49,311 bases of DNA from Candidatus Bathyarchaeia archaeon (GCA_038883855.1 JAVZLH010000007.1:1-49311); one strand, 5' to 3'. Shown: positions 27,558 to 39,910, counted from the stretch's first letter. Numbers and translations: made by a program. Notes: generated by a model from the sequence alone, not told the origin.

Positions 27558-29648
27558 ATGGTTTTAACTAAAATAAGGAAAAGAGACGGGCGAATAGCTG
27601 ATTTTGATTTAAACAGAATAAAAAACGCCATTCACAAGGCTTTTGTCGCCGTTGATTTAAAAAATGGAGAAAGAGCCGAAGCAATAACCCGCGAGGTTGT
27701 TAAACGCTTAGAGAAAAGATTCGTTGAAGAAATTCCTTCAGTTGAGGATGTTCAAGATGCTGTTATAGAGGTTTTAAGGGAATTTGGCTACGAAAAGGTT
27801 GCAGCAGAGTATCAAGCCTACAGGAAGAAGAAGGATGAGATAAGAGCATTAAGGGAAAAGCTTGGAATAGTGGAGCCAAAATTAACAGTGAACGCCCTAG
27901 AAGTTCTACGGAGAAGATACTTGCTAAGGGATGAAACAGAGAAAATAATAGAGACTCCAGCTCAAATGTTTAGGAGAGTTGCCAAAGCCATAGCAAAAGT
28001 TGACAAAAGATATAATGAAGACCCGAAAAAAAGCGAAGAAACCTTCTATGAAATGATGACGCGCCTCGAGTTCATTCCCAATTCCCCAACCCTTTTCAAC
28101 GCTGGAACAAAACTTGGTCAACTAGCAGCATGTTTCGTCCTTCCAGTCGAAGACTCTTTAGAGGGCATATTCACCTCCGTGAAAAACATGGCGATAATAG
28201 AGAAAAGCGGAGGCGGTGTGGGCTTCGACTTTTCAAGGTTAAGGCCTAAAGGCGACATAGTTATGTCAACAAAAGGCGTGGCATCTGGACCGGTAAGTTT
28301 CATGCGTGTCTTTGATGTAGCCACAGAAGTCATTAAAGCAGGCGGAAAAAGGAGAGGTGCCATGATGGGAATTTTACGCGTGGACCACCCCGACATCTTA
28401 GAGTTCATAACTTCCAAGCAAAAGCCGGGTTTTCTCTCAAACTTCAATATTTCAGTTGCTGTTACTGACGAGTTTATGGAAAACCTTGAGAAAAACAGCG
28501 AATACTGGCTGGTTAACCCAAGAAACAAAGAAAAAACTGGAAAACTAAAAGCAAGCGAAGTTTGGAATCTCATAGCTCAGTCCGCTTGGGCAACCGGAGA
28601 CCCAGGAGTCGTCTTCATCGACGAAGTTAATAGGCATAACCCCACACCAGAAGTTGGAAAAATAGAGTCAACTAACCCTTGTGGTGAGCAGCCGCTGCTT
28701 CCTTATGAGTCTTGTAATTTGGGCTCCATAAACCTTTCAAGGATGGTTGAAGATGGAAGGGTAAACTGGGAAAAACTTAGGGAAACTGTTAGGAACGCGG
28801 TTCATTTTCTTGACAATGTTATAGACGCGAACAGGTTTCCGTTAAAAGAGATTGAGAGGATGACTAAGGCTAACAGAAAGATTGGTTTAGGCGTTATGGG
28901 TTTTGCAGACATGTTAATAAAGCTTGGAATTCCCTACAATTCTAACGAAGCGTTGGAGCTTGCCGAGAAACTGATGAAGTTTGTAACAGAAGAAGCGCGG
29001 AAAAAATCCGTGGAAATCGGCGAAAAAAGAGGGTCGTTCCCAAACTTTGATAAGAGCATTTGGAAGGACAAGTATTCGGCGATGAGGAATGCTACTGTAA
29101 CGACTGTTGCGCCGACAGGAAGCATAAGTATCATAGCTGGATGCTCTTCGGGAATAGAACCTATTTTCGCAGTTTCCTTCATGCGTAATGTTCTTGATGG
29201 AACAAGACTTTTCGAGACAAACCCGTTGTTCGAGTTAATTGCAAAAGAAAGAGGATTTTACAGTGCCAAACTCTTAGAGGAAATTGCGAGGACTGGTTCG
29301 TTGCAGAATGTTGACGGTGTTCCAGAAGATGTTAAGAAAGTTTTTGTTACGGCGTTGGACATAGCGCCTGAATGGCATGTGAAGATGCAGGCAGCCTTCC
29401 AAAAATACACTGATAACGCCGTTTCCAAAACAGTGAACATGCCAAACAACGCAACAGTTGAAGATGTTAGGAAAGTTTACGAGTTGGCTTGGAAACTAAA
29501 ATGCAAGGGAGTAACAGTTTTCAGATATGGCAGCAAGCCAGAACAGGTTCTATACATAGGCGGAATAGAAACACCCGAAGGAAAGTTCATCTCAGCAGAG
29601 TCTGAGTATGCTGGCGGCTGCCCAACAAAAACATGTCCATTCCCATGA
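27558..29648 (+). CDS. nrdJ: Class II (B12-dependent) ribonucleotide reductase with ATP cone
   Basis: KRDGR ATP cone; [19 protein letters not shown] and APTGSIS motifs. Confidence 0.95.
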   Translation: MVLTKIRKRDGRIADFDLNRIKNAIHKAFVAVDLKNGERAEAITREVVKRLEKRFVEEIPSVEDVQDAVIEVLREFGYEKVAAEYQAYRKKKDEIRALREKLGIVEPKLTVNALEVLRRRYLLRDETEKIIETPAQMFRRVAKAIAKVDKRYNEDPKKSEETFYEMMTRLEFIPNSPTLFNAGTKLGQLAACFVLPVEDSLEGIFTSVKNMAIIEKSGGGVGFDFSRLRPKGDIVMSTKGVASGPVSFMRVFDVATEVIKAGGKRRGAMMGILRVDHPDILEFITSKQKPGFLSNFNISVAVTDEFMENLEKNSEYWLVNPRNKEKTGKLKASEVWNLIAQSAWATGDPGVVFIDEVNRHNPTPEVGKIESTNPCGEQPLLPYESCNLGSINLSRMVEDGRVNWEKLRETVRNAVHFLDNVIDANRFPLKEIERMTKANRKIGLGVMGFADMLIKLGIPYNSNEALELAEKLMKFVTEEARKKSVEIGEKRGSFPNFDKSIWKDKYSAMRNATVTTVAPTGSISIIAGCSSGIEPIFAVSFMRNVLDGTRLFETNPLFELIAKERGFYSAKLLEEIARTGSLQNVDGVPEDVKKVFVTALDIAPEWHVKMQAAFQKYTDNAVSKTVNMPNNATVEDVRKVYELAWKLKCKGVTVFRYGSKPEQVLYIGGIETPEGKFISAESEYAGGCPTKTCPFP

Positions 29649-29659
29649 TAAACAGAATC

Positions 29660-29830
29660 TTTTACTGGCTTTTCTATCGCCTGCTTCTTTAAAAGACAGT
29701 TTTTCTATGTCTATAAGCTTTAATGCTTCAGCTTTGGCTGGTTCTAAATAAACTGGTTCCAAACATTTTTTGGGTGTAGTTTCTGTGGCATGGATTGAAG
29801 TTACAGTTATGGGCAATTTTTCCTTCCATT
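29660..29830 (-). pseudogene. DUF134 (UPF0251)-like fragment
   Basis: PVYLEPAKAEALKLIDIEKLSFKEAGDR resembles the DUF134 EALRLxDxExL...EAG motif, but the HTH tail is missing; boundaries approximate. Confidence 0.5.
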
Positions 29831-30048
29831 TTTAACACTTTATTCAGGTTTTAAAACACAAAACGTTATTGTTAGGACTTTTTATATTTTCGTATAAAAA
29901 TATCTAAAACTAGGATAGAATTTTGCGAAAACATTGGTAAGACGGCTAAGGCATCAAAAAGTCAACAATATTAATATTCTGAGAAAACATAAAATGTAAA
30001 TAAGCGCGAAACAATCCAACTATTATTCTGGAAGAAAAGTTAAGGTAA

Positions 30049-30705
30049 GTGATGGTAATGGGCTTAATACCAGAAGATCATAAGGATCGTGTGAAAAACG
30101 AGTTCGCCCGAAACCTAGAGAAACCAGTAGAAATTCTTGTGTTCACTCAAGAAGTGGAGTGCAAGTTCTGCGCAGAAACAAGACAGTTAGTGCATGAAGT
30201 GGCAGCCCTAAGCGACAAGATTAGCGTTGGAGTCTATGATTTTGTGGCAAACGCAGACAAAGCCAAACAATACGGGGTTGACAAGGTTCCAGCAATCGTT
30301 ATACTCGGAGAAAAAGATTACGGCGTTAGATTTTATGGAATGCCTTACGGGTACGAGTTTCAAACACTCACGGAAGGAATAGTTAACGTATCGCGGGGCA
30401 GAACAGACCTTTCAGAAAAAACTAAGGAAATGCTAAAGAAGGTTAAAACGCCAGTTCACATACAAGTTTTTGTAACCCTCACATGCCCCTACTGCCTAAC
30501 ACCCGCGAGCACAGCCTACAAATTCGCAATAGAAAGCGACTTGATAAAGGCAGATGTCGTTGACGCCGGCGAGTTCCCACATTTAGCGCTTAAATATGGC
30601 GTTACGGGTGTCCCTAAAACTGTTATAAATGAGAAGATAGAGTTTGTTGGCGCTCTTCTTGAGGATTTGTTTTTGGAACACATTTTACTTGCAACTACAC
30701 AATAG
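30049..30705 (+). CDS. Protein disulfide oxidoreductase (two thioredoxin folds)
   Basis: CKFC and TCPYC motifs, GVPKTVIN. Confidence 0.92.
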   Translation: MMVMGLIPEDHKDRVKNEFARNLEKPVEILVFTQEVECKFCAETRQLVHEVAALSDKISVGVYDFVANADKAKQYGVDKVPAIVILGEKDYGVRFYGMPYGYEFQTLTEGIVNVSRGRTDLSEKTKEMLKKVKTPVHIQVFVTLTCPYCLTPASTAYKFAIESDLIKADVVDAGEFPHLALKYGVTGVPKTVINEKIEFVGALLEDLFLEHILLATTQ

Positions 30706-30728
30706 CACTAAAAGTTGAGCTGCTAAGC

Positions 30729-31520
30729 TTGTATAAAGAAACTTTAACCTTAATTTTCATTTACAGCGGGGAATTTGCTGAACGCGTTGTAAGAAACTTG
30801 ATAAACGACCCGAGTTTCTGCAAGTCATGCGGGCTATACTGCGACTCATGCAAATACAATGTCTACAGCTTTGTCCGCAATGTTCGAGCAGCAATCGAGT
30901 TACCAAGCCCATCTGACCTTCCAGCATTTGTTGACAATCCAGAAAATTACATGCCTAAAAAGATTCCAAACGCTGATTTATGCGTGACCTCTGGGCTGCA
31001 TAAAGACCTTCTGTTAGAACTGCCGCATCATTTGCAAAAAGCTGGCGTTAAAGGATTAATCGTGCCAATAGAAGATTTCAACGAGGTTCCTTCTGGTCTC
31101 AGAAAGCAAGCAAAGGAAAAATGCGAGGAATTGAGTTTGGAAAGTGCGTTTCCAAAACCTTTCTGTTCCCTTAAACCGTCGAAAGATAAGCCTACAATCG
31201 CTAGGTTCGTGGATGAGTTAATGGTGGGGTGTCCCTCATTAGAAATTTCAGTTGCAAAAATGGGAAAAAAAGAAGTTATAGAGGCTGCTGTCGTGCGGCG
31301 AAGCGCTCCATGCGGGTCTACATGGTATGTGGCGAGAAAACTGTTGGGTGTCGAAACGAAAAAGGAAATCCTATATGACGCCATAGCCAAAGCCCACCAC
31401 AGTTATCCATGCACAGCGACAATGAACGTTGACCCAGAGGAGAAAGAGCCAATCCTCCACTTAGGCGGTTATATAATAAGAGAGGCTGTTGAAGAGGCAC
31501 TCAAAAAGGCTAAAATTTAA
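30729..31520 (+). CDS. DUF166 family protein
   Basis: FPKPFCSL, RSAPCGSTWYVA and HHSYPCTA motifs; N-terminal CxxCxxxCxxC. Confidence 0.8.
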   Translation: MYKETLTLIFIYSGEFAERVVRNLINDPSFCKSCGLYCDSCKYNVYSFVRNVRAAIELPSPSDLPAFVDNPENYMPKKIPNADLCVTSGLHKDLLLELPHHLQKAGVKGLIVPIEDFNEVPSGLRKQAKEKCEELSLESAFPKPFCSLKPSKDKPTIARFVDELMVGCPSLEISVAKMGKKEVIEAAVVRRSAPCGSTWYVARKLLGVETKKEILYDAIAKAHHSYPCTATMNVDPEEKEPILHLGGYIIREAVEEALKKAKI

Positions 31521-31660
31521 GAAGCGTATCTCGCTGGGTTTTTGTCAAAAGCTGCTTTGCAAGTTTGGCTGCAGAAGTAGTAGGTTTTGCCTTTGTGTTC
31601 TGATTTAAACTTTGCAGTTTTTTCATTCACGTTCATGCCGCAAACAGGGTCTTTCGCCAT
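31517..31660 (-). CDS. YHS/TRASH-domain metallochaperone
   Basis: Not in the ORF track: MAKDPVCGMNV...YYFCSQTCKAAFDKNPARY; SD GGAGGTG upstream. Confidence 0.92.
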   Translation of the reverse strand: MAKDPVCGMNVNEKTAKFKSEHKGKTYYFCSQTCKAAFDKNPARYAS

Positions 31661-31688
31661 GTGTAGTTTCACCTCCCTTCTGCTTTTG

Positions 31689-33776
31689 TTATAGTTTTAG
31701 AAATTTTAGGGTTGCCGAGTTGCTTACTACAAAGAGTGAGCTGAAAGCCATGGCTCCAGCAGCTATAATTGGATTGAGCAGCCCAACGGCGGCTATCGGA
31801 ATTGCAACCACATTGTATATGAAAGCCCAGAACAAGTTCTGCTTTATCTTCCTCATCGTCGCCTTGCTCAGCTTTATTCCCCGCGCAACATCACGCAAAT
31901 CATCCTTAATGAGCACTATTCCACCCGTTTCCTTAGCAATGTCTGTTCCGCTGCCTATGGCTATACCTATGTCTGCCTGAGCCAAGGCTGGCGCGTCATT
32001 AACTCCATCCCCAACCATGGCAACAACTTTGCCCTCACTTTGCAGTTTCTTGATTACGTCGGCTTTCTGCCACGGCAAAACATTAGCAATAACCATGTCG
32101 ATGCCAAGCTGTTTGGCTATAGCTTTGGCTGTTGTTTCATTGTCGCCCGTGAGCATGGCGATTTCAAGCCCCATATCTTTAAGCTCTTTTATGGCTTCTG
32201 CCGCACTTGCCTTCGGCGTGTCCATAACCGCAACAACTCCAACTATTTTTCCATCCACAGCGAGAATCATGGCGGTCTTGCCTTCCTCCTCGAACCTCGC
32301 GATTTCTTCCTCTACTTGTCTCGGAATAGTCATGCCATTAACGCTCATCAATCGTCTGTTTCCGAATAGAATTTGCTTGCCTTTGTAGGAGGCTTTGACT
32401 CCATGCCCGGGAACCGCTTCAAAAGAGTCGGCGTCTGGGACTTTTAATTTTGCTTCGTTGGCGGCTTTCATTATCGCTTCGGCTAGCGGATGTTCCGAGC
32501 CCTTCTCTGAAATTGCCGCCAACATTAAAACATCGTTTTCCTTGTAGCCAGCAAAGGCTTTTATGTCTGTTACTGAAGGCTCGCCCTTCGTTAATGTGCC
32601 AGTTTTATCAAAGATGACAGTTGTTAGTTTTCTTACGTTTTCAACGTATTCTCCGCCTCGAAGCAATACTCCAAACTCGGCACCTTTGCCCACGCCAGCT
32701 AGAATGGCTGTTGGTGTAGCTATTCCCAAGGCGCACGGACAAGCGATAAGCAGTATAGCCAATAAAACCAGAAAAGCCTTGGTAAAACCGTCAACGAAAA
32801 ACCAGTATGAGAAAGCTATGGCTGCTGTTGCGAAGACTGCGGGAACAAAGTAGCCTACAACACGGTCTGCAAGCCTTTGCACTGGAGCGTTTGAGGCCTG
32901 GGCTTCCTCAACCAAATGAACTATCTGCATAAGAGCCGTATCTTCACCAACTTTTGTTGCCTTAACTTTTAATACACCTGTCTTGTTTATTGTTGCGCCT
33001 ATTACCTCGCTGCCAACCGTTTTCTCAACCGGGATGCTTTCGCCAGTAATTATCTTCTCATCTACAGAGGAGTAGCCAGCCACAACAACGCCGTCTGTCG
33101 GGATTTTTTCGCCTGGCTTAACAACGAGCACATCGCCAACTTGAACTTCATCTATTGAAACTTCAACTTCTCGCCCATCCTTTAATATTCTGGCAACTGT
33201 CGGCTGAAGCTCAAGCAGTTTTCGGATTGCCGCTGCCGACTTTCGCCTTATGGTTTCCTCTATAAACTTGCCAAGCAAAACAAAAGCCAAAATTCCTATT
33301 GCAACTTCCATGTAACCGAATCCTTCTGTTCCAAACCATGGGAAAAATGTTCCTATTACACCGTATCCCCAGCCTGCCAAAACACCAGTTGTTATCAGTA
33401 CATCCATGTTTATTGAACGGTTTTTAAGGGCTTCATATGCTCCCTTATGTATGCTCCACCCAGCAACCCAAACAATAGGCGTTGACAAAACAAAGAAGGC
33501 CAAGTCCCATGCGGATATTCCAACTATTCGAAAAGTCATTATCGCTACAGCCAAGCCGAACATCGCTATGACGCGGAGGGCGGCGACGCTTATGAAGCCG
33601 GCAAGCGCTAAGGCTACTCGTCGTTTCATTGCCTTCAACTCTTGTTCTGGCTGCTCGTAGGTTCTGGCGCATGTTTCACTGCAGAAATAGTATGTTCTAT
33701 CGCCAATCTTTCTTTTGATGGCTTTTTCCTTGTCTACTTCCATGCCGCAGACGGGGTCTCTAGGCAAACATATCAA
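31689..33776 (-). CDS. copA: P1B-type copper-exporting ATPase with N-terminal YHS domain
   Basis: DPVCGM...[35 protein letters not shown] and MAFSS motifs. Confidence 0.95.
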   Translation of the reverse strand: MICLPRDPVCGMEVDKEKAIKRKIGDRTYYFCSETCARTYEQPEQELKAMKRRVALALAGFISVAALRVIAMFGLAVAIMTFRIVGISAWDLAFFVLSTPIVWVAGWSIHKGAYEALKNRSINMDVLITTGVLAGWGYGVIGTFFPWFGTEGFGYMEVAIGILAFVLLGKFIEETIRRKSAAAIRKLLELQPTVARILKDGREVEVSIDEVQVGDVLVVKPGEKIPTDGVVVAGYSSVDEKIITGESIPVEKTVGSEVIGATINKTGVLKVKATKVGEDTALMQIVHLVEEAQASNAPVQRLADRVVGYFVPAVFATAAIAFSYWFFVDGFTKAFLVLLAILLIACPCALGIATPTAILAGVGKGAEFGVLLRGGEYVENVRKLTTVIFDKTGTLTKGEPSVTDIKAFAGYKENDVLMLAAISEKGSEHPLAEAIMKAANEAKLKVPDADSFEAVPGHGVKASYKGKQILFGNRRLMSVNGMTIPRQVEEEIARFEEEGKTAMILAVDGKIVGVVAVMDTPKASAAEAIKELKDMGLEIAMLTGDNETTAKAIAKQLGIDMVIANVLPWQKADVIKKLQSEGKVVAMVGDGVNDAPALAQADIGIAIGSGTDIAKETGGIVLIKDDLRDVARGIKLSKATMRKIKQNLFWAFIYNVVAIPIAAVGLLNPIIAAGAMAFSSLFVVSNSATLKFLKL

Positions 33777-33803
33777 CTCTTTTTGGCATGTTCAGAATTG
33801 CAG

Positions 33804-33876
33804 GACCGCTACAGAAGACTTTTTCTTGGGGAGAAAGGAGAGAAGTTGGAAAAATCATGACTTTTCTGTAGCGGTC
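33804..33876. promoter_or_regulatory. 13-bp inverted repeat in the copA leader
   Basis: GACCGCTACAGAA (33804-33816) and TTCTGTAGCGGTC (33864-33876), between divergent copA and regulator genes. Confidence 0.5.
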
Positions 33877-33969
33877 TTTCTGCTCTCGGCAAAGCATTTT
33901 TATACCTTTACGTATACTCTATTTTGTGTAGGATATAAATATATCGTTAAAAGATATATCGGAATAACT

Positions 33970-34416
33970 ATGAAAAAAGGAGAAATAGAAAACATAATTT
34001 CAGACTTCTCCCGATTCTACATACTCACCATCCTCTACGAGGGGCCATGCCACGGCTACAGCATAATCGAGAAATTCAAGAAAAGAGTTGGGAAAGAGGT
34101 CAGCCCAAGCCTAGTCTACCCTTTTCTTCGGCAACTTGAAAAAAGAAAGTTTGTAAAACACTACACAAAACCAGTTGGAGCAAAGAAAAGGAAAGTTTTC
34201 GAGTTAACTCCGGAAGGAAGGAAGCTTTGCAAGCAGCTTTTTAAGCGTTTTTCAGCTTTGGTCTCCGTTGCCATCGAGCCTAGCTTAGAGGTTTGCGCTA
34301 ACTGCGGCTGCAAAGTTTTTGAAGGAGGCTATAAAGAGGTGGTAGATGGAAAAGAGTTGACTTTTTGCTGCGTGCACTGCGCCCAATCATACAAAAAGAA
34401 TATGGGAGAAGGCTAA
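33970..34416 (+). CDS. PadR-family regulator with C-terminal TRASH/YHS metal-binding domain
   Basis: HGYSII...VYPFL...FELTPEG PadR pattern, then CANCG...FCCVHCA; start placed at the ATG at 33970. Confidence 0.88.
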   Translation: MKKGEIENIISDFSRFYILTILYEGPCHGYSIIEKFKKRVGKEVSPSLVYPFLRQLEKRKFVKHYTKPVGAKKRKVFELTPEGRKLCKQLFKRFSALVSVAIEPSLEVCANCGCKVFEGGYKEVVDGKELTFCCVHCAQSYKKNMGEG

Positions 34417-37214
34417 GTCCATTTCCAGATTTTCTTGCCCATCGTGAGTTCTGGAAAGACAAACAAGCCCCAGCTGGCTACGGCTATCACGTACGCGAGG
34501 TCTGTTAGGCTCAAGGCTGTTAAGTGGAACAATTGCTGTGTTACTGGTATGTAAGTTATTCCAATGGTCAAGGCGATAGAGGCTAAATCAGCTATGACGA
34601 AGAACTTGTTTTCAAAGGCTTTTTTACCCATTCTCCACACGCTGCGCTTTTCTGAACGACAGTTCCAAACAACAAACAGTTCAAACATCGCTGCTTGCAC
34701 AAAGGCTGTAGTCACTGCTTCTCGGTAGGTTTCCTCTGTGCCAAAACCATGCGCGGGCCACACATAATACTCTAGACAGAACACTAGAATTGTTCCAGCT
34801 GCCTGTAATAGGAAAGAGGTTATAATGAAGGCTCCCATTCCATGAAGGATCCCTTCATCTGGTTTGCGCGGTGGTCTTTCCATAACATCTGTGTCTGGAG
34901 GGTCTGTAGCCAACGCCACCGCCGGAGCACCGTCTGTCACCAAGTTTATCCATAGTATCATGGCTGGCAAAAGCGGCAGTGGAAACAGTTCTGTCCCATA
35001 TATTCCGCCCAAAATGGCGAATGTTCCTATGACCAATAGTTCGTCGAAGTTGCAGGCTAGCAAGAAACGTGCATACTTGCGAATGTTGTCGTATATGACT
35101 CTTCCCTGCTCAACTGCCTTAACGATTGTCGCGAAGTTGTCATCTGCCAAAACAAGGTCTGACGCTTCTCTCGTAACGTCTGTCCCGCTTATGCCCATCG
35201 CAACTCCAACGTCCGCTGCCTTCACTGCTGGGGCGTCGTTCACTCCGTCACCCGTCATTGCCACGATGTGGCCCTTCTTTTTCCAAGCATTAACAATCTT
35301 TAGTTTGTGTTCAGGCGAAACTCTCGCGTAAACCGTTACTTTCTCAACAATTTTCTCAAATTCTTCATCGCTCAGCTCATCCATTTCGACCCCGGTCAGA
35401 ACCATGTCTCCTTCCTTGAATATTCCAACATCTTTGGCTACTGCAACCGCTGTTAGCTTGTGGTCACCAGTTATCATGACCGTTTTTATTCCTGCTTTTT
35501 GGCAGAGCTTGTTAGCTTCAATCGCCTCTTCTCTCGGAGGATCTATCATCCCTTGCAATCCAACAAAAACCATTCCATTTTCAACTTTTTCATCGTATTT
35601 CGTCAAGTCTGTCGGTAACCTCTTATATGCCATGGCGAGAACCCGCAGAGCGTTTCCAGCCAATTTTTCGTTAATCTCTAAGATCTTTGCGCGTTTTTCT
35701 TTTGTCAGTTTTTTCTCTTCTTCATCTTCAATTACATGGCTACATCTTTCTAAAACTACTTCCGGTGCTCCCTTCATGAAGGCGTAGACTTCGCCATTGG
35801 GTGCTTTGTGGATTGTGGTCATGCGTTTTCTTTCGGATGTGAACGGTATTTCGTGAACTCGCGGATAGCTTTTCTCTAACGCTTCTTTTTCGAACCCAGC
35901 CTTTGCTGCCGCAACTATCAAAGCGCCCTCTGTTGGGTCGCCAAAAATTTCCCAAGTGTTGTTTTGGTCATTTTTTCTTAAGCTTGCGTTGTTGCAGAGA
36001 GCGCCTATCTTAAGCAGATATTCAAGGCTTCCTTCAGGCTTCACGGTGTCTTCGCCCAGGCGAAATTCGCCTTTAGGCTCATAGCCTACTCCCGTTACTT
36101 CAATTAGTTTTCCGTCAACGTAAATTTGACGTACTGTCATTTCTCCCTTTGTTATGGTTCCAGTTTTGTCCGAGCAAATTACGGTTACTGCTCCTAGGCT
36201 TTCTGCAGAAGATAACTTTCGCACTATTGCATTGCGTTTCGCGAATTCTCTTGCGCCTAAGGCTAGTGCTATAGTAACTATTGCTGGAAGTCCCTCAGGA
36301 ACGGCTGAAATGGCTAAGGCTATTGAAGACATGAAGGCTTGTATGAAACCCTCCGCTTCAAAATGCATTTGCATAACAACTTCGAAAACTTCGAGAGCGA
36401 AAATCAGTACACAAACAGCTATAACGACTTTGGCTATTTTGCTTGCAAACTTGTCCAGCTTTTTCTGTAAAGGTGTCTCTTCCTCTTCAGCTGTTTGCAC
36501 CATCTCCGCAATTTTTCCAAACTCTGTCTTCATGCCAGTGGCGGTTACAACAGCTTTTCCTCTTCCATAAACTATATGAGTTGCAGAAAAGACCATGTTA
36601 CGCCTTTCAGAAATAGGCGTGTCCTCTTTTAAGACTGCTAGTTCCTTATTAACTGGCGTGGATTCACCAGTCAAAACCGCCTCATTTGCCTTAAGCTCAA
36701 CAACCTCTATAAGACGCGCATCAGCAGGAACCTGGTCACCCTCTTCTAGGACAAGTATATCGCCAGGAACAACTTCCCTTGCTGGAATAATAACTTCTTT
36801 ACCATCACGTATTACACGAGCTTTTGGCGCCGCCAACTTTTTCAGAGCTTCTACCGCTTTTTCCGCCCTATATTCTTGGACGAAACCCGTGACTGCACAT
36901 AAAAAGACTATTGCACTTATGGTAATTGCGTCTGCGTAAGCTTCCATAAATTCTCCGCCTTGCACCATCTCGTAATAGCCTATAATTGCAGAGAATATCG
37001 TGGCGACAATCAGAAGTATGATAAATACATCTTTAAATTCGTCTAGGAACATGTTAAGCGCAGTTCTGCGCTTAACTTTCATAATCTCATTATACCCATG
37101 TTTAACAAGTCTTTCGCGAGCCTCCTGTGAGGATAGACCTTCGCGGTTGACACCTAATTCTTGGAAAACATCTTCTGTTTTCATCGCGTGCCAAGGCTTC
37201 GACGTCTGCTGCAC
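34413..37214 (-). CDS. P2A-type (Ca2+) cation-transporting ATPase
   Basis: TGES, PEGLP, DKTGT, KGAPE, TGDGVND and INLVTDG motifs. Confidence 0.94.
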   Translation of the reverse strand: MQQTSKPWHAMKTEDVFQELGVNREGLSSQEARERLVKHGYNEIMKVKRRTALNMFLDEFKDVFIILLIVATIFSAIIGYYEMVQGGEFMEAYADAITISAIVFLCAVTGFVQEYRAEKAVEALKKLAAPKARVIRDGKEVIIPAREVVPGDILVLEEGDQVPADARLIEVVELKANEAVLTGESTPVNKELAVLKEDTPISERRNMVFSATHIVYGRGKAVVTATGMKTEFGKIAEMVQTAEEEETPLQKKLDKFASKIAKVVIAVCVLIFALEVFEVVMQMHFEAEGFIQAFMSSIALAISAVPEGLPAIVTIALALGAREFAKRNAIVRKLSSAESLGAVTVICSDKTGTITKGEMTVRQIYVDGKLIEVTGVGYEPKGEFRLGEDTVKPEGSLEYLLKIGALCNNASLRKNDQNNTWEIFGDPTEGALIVAAAKAGFEKEALEKSYPRVHEIPFTSERKRMTTIHKAPNGEVYAFMKGAPEVVLERCSHVIEDEEEKKLTKEKRAKILEINEKLAGNALRVLAMAYKRLPTDLTKYDEKVENGMVFVGLQGMIDPPREEAIEANKLCQKAGIKTVMITGDHKLTAVAVAKDVGIFKEGDMVLTGVEMDELSDEEFEKIVEKVTVYARVSPEHKLKIVNAWKKKGHIVAMTGDGVNDAPAVKAADVGVAMGISGTDVTREASDLVLADDNFATIVKAVEQGRVIYDNIRKYARFLLACNFDELLVIGTFAILGGIYGTELFPLPLLPAMILWINLVTDGAPAVALATDPPDTDVMERPPRKPDEGILHGMGAFIITSFLLQAAGTILVFCLEYYVWPAHGFGTEETYREAVTTAFVQAAMFELFVVWNCRSEKRSVWRMGKKAFENKFFVIADLASIALTIGITYIPVTQQLFHLTALSLTDLAYVIAVASWGLFVFPELTMGKKIWKWT

Positions 37215-37314
37215 CTCTCATTTTTTAAATATTAGAGTAGACATGTGGCAACTTGTTTATAAAATTCTCTGTTTCCAAAATGTTTACCTTAAAAATCATA
37301 AAGAGAAAAGCGGT

Positions 37315-39351
37315 CTAGGAAATTAGCAGGATTATCAGTGGAGCAAACACTTCGGCAACCAATGACATTACAGTAATCATAGTGTTCAAAGACGGGCCAG
37401 CTGTATCCTTAAAAGGATCACCAACCGTGTCACCTGTAACAGCAGCCTTATGAGCTTCTGAACCTTTGCCGCCATGTGCCCCGGATTCTATGTATTTTTT
37501 AGCGTTGTCCCAAAGTCCACCAGAGTTAGCCATCAACAAAGCAAAGATGATGCCTGTAACAATGCTTCCAGCTAGGAAACCAGCCAACGCCTCCTTGCCC
37601 AACACTATCATAGTCAAAACTGGAACAATTATCGCCAACGAACAGGGTAGCATAAGCTCTTTAATGGCGCCTCTAGTTGCAATGTCAACGCATTTAGCGT
37701 AATCTGGTTTTGCTTTCCCCTCAATAAGCCCCGGAATTTCTTTGAACTGGCGCCTCACTTCTTCAACCATTCTTTCAGCATTCCTTCCAACAGCCAGTAT
37801 AAGAAGGGCTGAAAGCAGCGGAGGCATCATACCGCCTAGAAAGACTCCTGCTACAACTTCCGGCTTCATTAAATCCAACGTTTCAATGTTGGCTATGTGG
37901 GCGTAGGCGGCGAAAAGCGCAAGAACGGTTAAGGCTGCAGCACCTATAGCGAAGCCCTTCGTAATAGCCTTTGTAGTATTGCCCGCAGCATCCAACCTAT
38001 CTGCAACTTCAATAACCTCCTCGCCTAAACCAGATTGTTCAGCTATGCCCTTTGCATTGTCGGATACAGGTCCATAAGCATCTGCCGATATAGTCATTCC
38101 AACCGTTGCAAGCATGCCCACCGCTGAAATGGCAATCCCATAGAAGGGATCAACACCGAAAGTGGTGGCTAGGTTCCAAGCGGCTATAGTAGCAGCACAT
38201 ATGCCGATAATAGGCGGGACTATACTGACTATTCCATAGGAAAAGCCTGTCAGTATATTTATTGCCGCTCCGGTTGTCGAAGCTTGAGCTACCTTCTGCG
38301 CTGGCGCCCTATCTATAGATGTGAAATAGTCAGATGTAAGTCCAATGACCACGCCAGCAGCTAACCCTGCAACTGTCGGCAAAAAGACACCTAACCATTT
38401 ATCTCCTTCTAACCCTGAAAAATATGTAACAGCGAATAGGAATACAGCAAATAGAATCCATGTAGAAAATGAGCCTCTATTAAGCGCTGCACCAGGATTG
38501 CCCTTAATGCTCATTTTAACGACTAGAGCACCTATTATTGAGGCAAAAAGCCCCAGGGCAGCTATTATAAGCGGTAACGCCGTTAGCGTGCTTTCACCTA
38601 TTTCCGCGCCTATAATCATAGCAGCTACAATACTCGCGATGTAAGAGTCAACTAAGTCAGCGCCCATTCCCGCAACATCACCTACGTTATCGCCTACGTT
38701 GTCGGCGATCACTGCTGGATTGCGCGGGTCGTCTTCTGGAATGCCCAGCTCTACTTTCCCAACAAGGTCTGCGCTGATGTCAGCTGTTTTTGTATATATG
38801 CCTCCGCCAGCCTTCGCGAAAAGTGCTAAGGCGCTAGCTCCAAAACTGAAGCCTAACACTACGGTTGCATCATTGAAAATGTAATAGAGCAAGCTTATGC
38901 CTAACAGAGCTAAACCAACAATAAACAAGCCCATAACTGCCCCGCCGTAAAAAGCCACCGGAAAAGCCTTTTTCAAACCTTGTTTAGCTGCATTAGCCGT
39001 TCTAACATTCGCCTCAACAGCAGCCATCATCCCAACGTAAGCTGCAACCGTTGCGCACAACGAACCAAAAATGTAAGCCACAGCCATGCTCACTCCATAA
39101 TAAACATTGCTTTGAAGAAATGAGTAAAGCACTCCGAGAACCACGGCCATTACAGCAACAAAGATGGCCAATGTTATGTTCTGCCTTTTCAGATAGGCTT
39201 TTGCGCCTTCCTTTATTGCACCAGCTATATCCTTCATTCTTTCAGTGCCACTTTCCTGACTTACCACATAACGATACAAGTATCCAGCTAAAACAACAGA
39301 AGCCAAACCAGCCACAGGCGTGATCAAGAACCATTCCATACAGTTTCTCAT
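37315..39351 (-). CDS. hppA: Membrane ion-translocating pyrophosphatase (K+-independent signature)
   Basis: [16 protein letters not shown] and [10 protein letters not shown] motifs; GNTTKA carries the Lys typical of K+-independent H+-PPases. Confidence 0.95.
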   Translation of the reverse strand: MRNCMEWFLITPVAGLASVVLAGYLYRYVVSQESGTERMKDIAGAIKEGAKAYLKRQNITLAIFVAVMAVVLGVLYSFLQSNVYYGVSMAVAYIFGSLCATVAAYVGMMAAVEANVRTANAAKQGLKKAFPVAFYGGAVMGLFIVGLALLGISLLYYIFNDATVVLGFSFGASALALFAKAGGGIYTKTADISADLVGKVELGIPEDDPRNPAVIADNVGDNVGDVAGMGADLVDSYIASIVAAMIIGAEIGESTLTALPLIIAALGLFASIIGALVVKMSIKGNPGAALNRGSFSTWILFAVFLFAVTYFSGLEGDKWLGVFLPTVAGLAAGVVIGLTSDYFTSIDRAPAQKVAQASTTGAAINILTGFSYGIVSIVPPIIGICAATIAAWNLATTFGVDPFYGIAISAVGMLATVGMTISADAYGPVSDNAKGIAEQSGLGEEVIEVADRLDAAGNTTKAITKGFAIGAAALTVLALFAAYAHIANIETLDLMKPEVVAGVFLGGMMPPLLSALLILAVGRNAERMVEEVRRQFKEIPGLIEGKAKPDYAKCVDIATRGAIKELMLPCSLAIIVPVLTMIVLGKEALAGFLAGSIVTGIIFALLMANSGGLWDNAKKYIESGAHGGKGSEAHKAAVTGDTVGDPFKDTAGPSLNTMITVMSLVAEVFAPLIILLIS

Positions 39352-39464
39352 CTCTTAAGTTTAATTTAAATTATTTCAGATTTACAAAATCACTTATAAA
39401 TATTTAACGTACTCCACAGCAAACACTTTCAACTCCATAAAAAGACTTTAAAATACCTCACAAG

Positions 39465-39549
39465 CGCCGGGAGTGGGATTTGAACCCACGCGACCCCGAA
39501 GGGCCACAGGCTCTCAAGGCCTGCGCGTTATCCACTCCGCCATCCCGGC
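39465..39549 (-). tRNA. tRNA-Ser(TGA)
   Basis: Acceptor GCCGGGA/TCCCGGC, anticodon arm CAGGC-CT-TGA-GA-GCCTG, long variable arm, G discriminator. Confidence 0.96.
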
Positions 39550-39910
39550 CGTTTTCTTTCAGAAATAGGAAGTATTGCTTCTAAAACCTTTTCTTTCAAA
39601 AGGCTTAATTAATTTTAGACAACAAGACCTTTTGCAATTTGAAGAGGAGAGTTTGTTGCTGAAGGAAATTTACAAGAAAATACTTTGATTCCGAATTTTC
39701 AATAGTGACAAGCTTCTTTCGAAGGAAAATTAAGAGTCAAAGCTTGAAACAGAGAAATTGGCGATTTTCACTCCTGTTTAACCAGTTAAAAATGTGGAAA
39801 AATATACCTCTAGCTGCCGAGTTGTAGAGCACCATTTAAGGCTGATTTAGGCTACTCAGCTGAAAAATTTGAGCTTTGCGGTAATTTTGCCGTCGAGTAT
39901 ATAGTTAAAG

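Noticed and set aside
33715-33969. N-terminal extension of the PadR ORF
   Set aside because: It overlaps the copA start and the promoter region; the PadR domain begins after the ATG at 33970.
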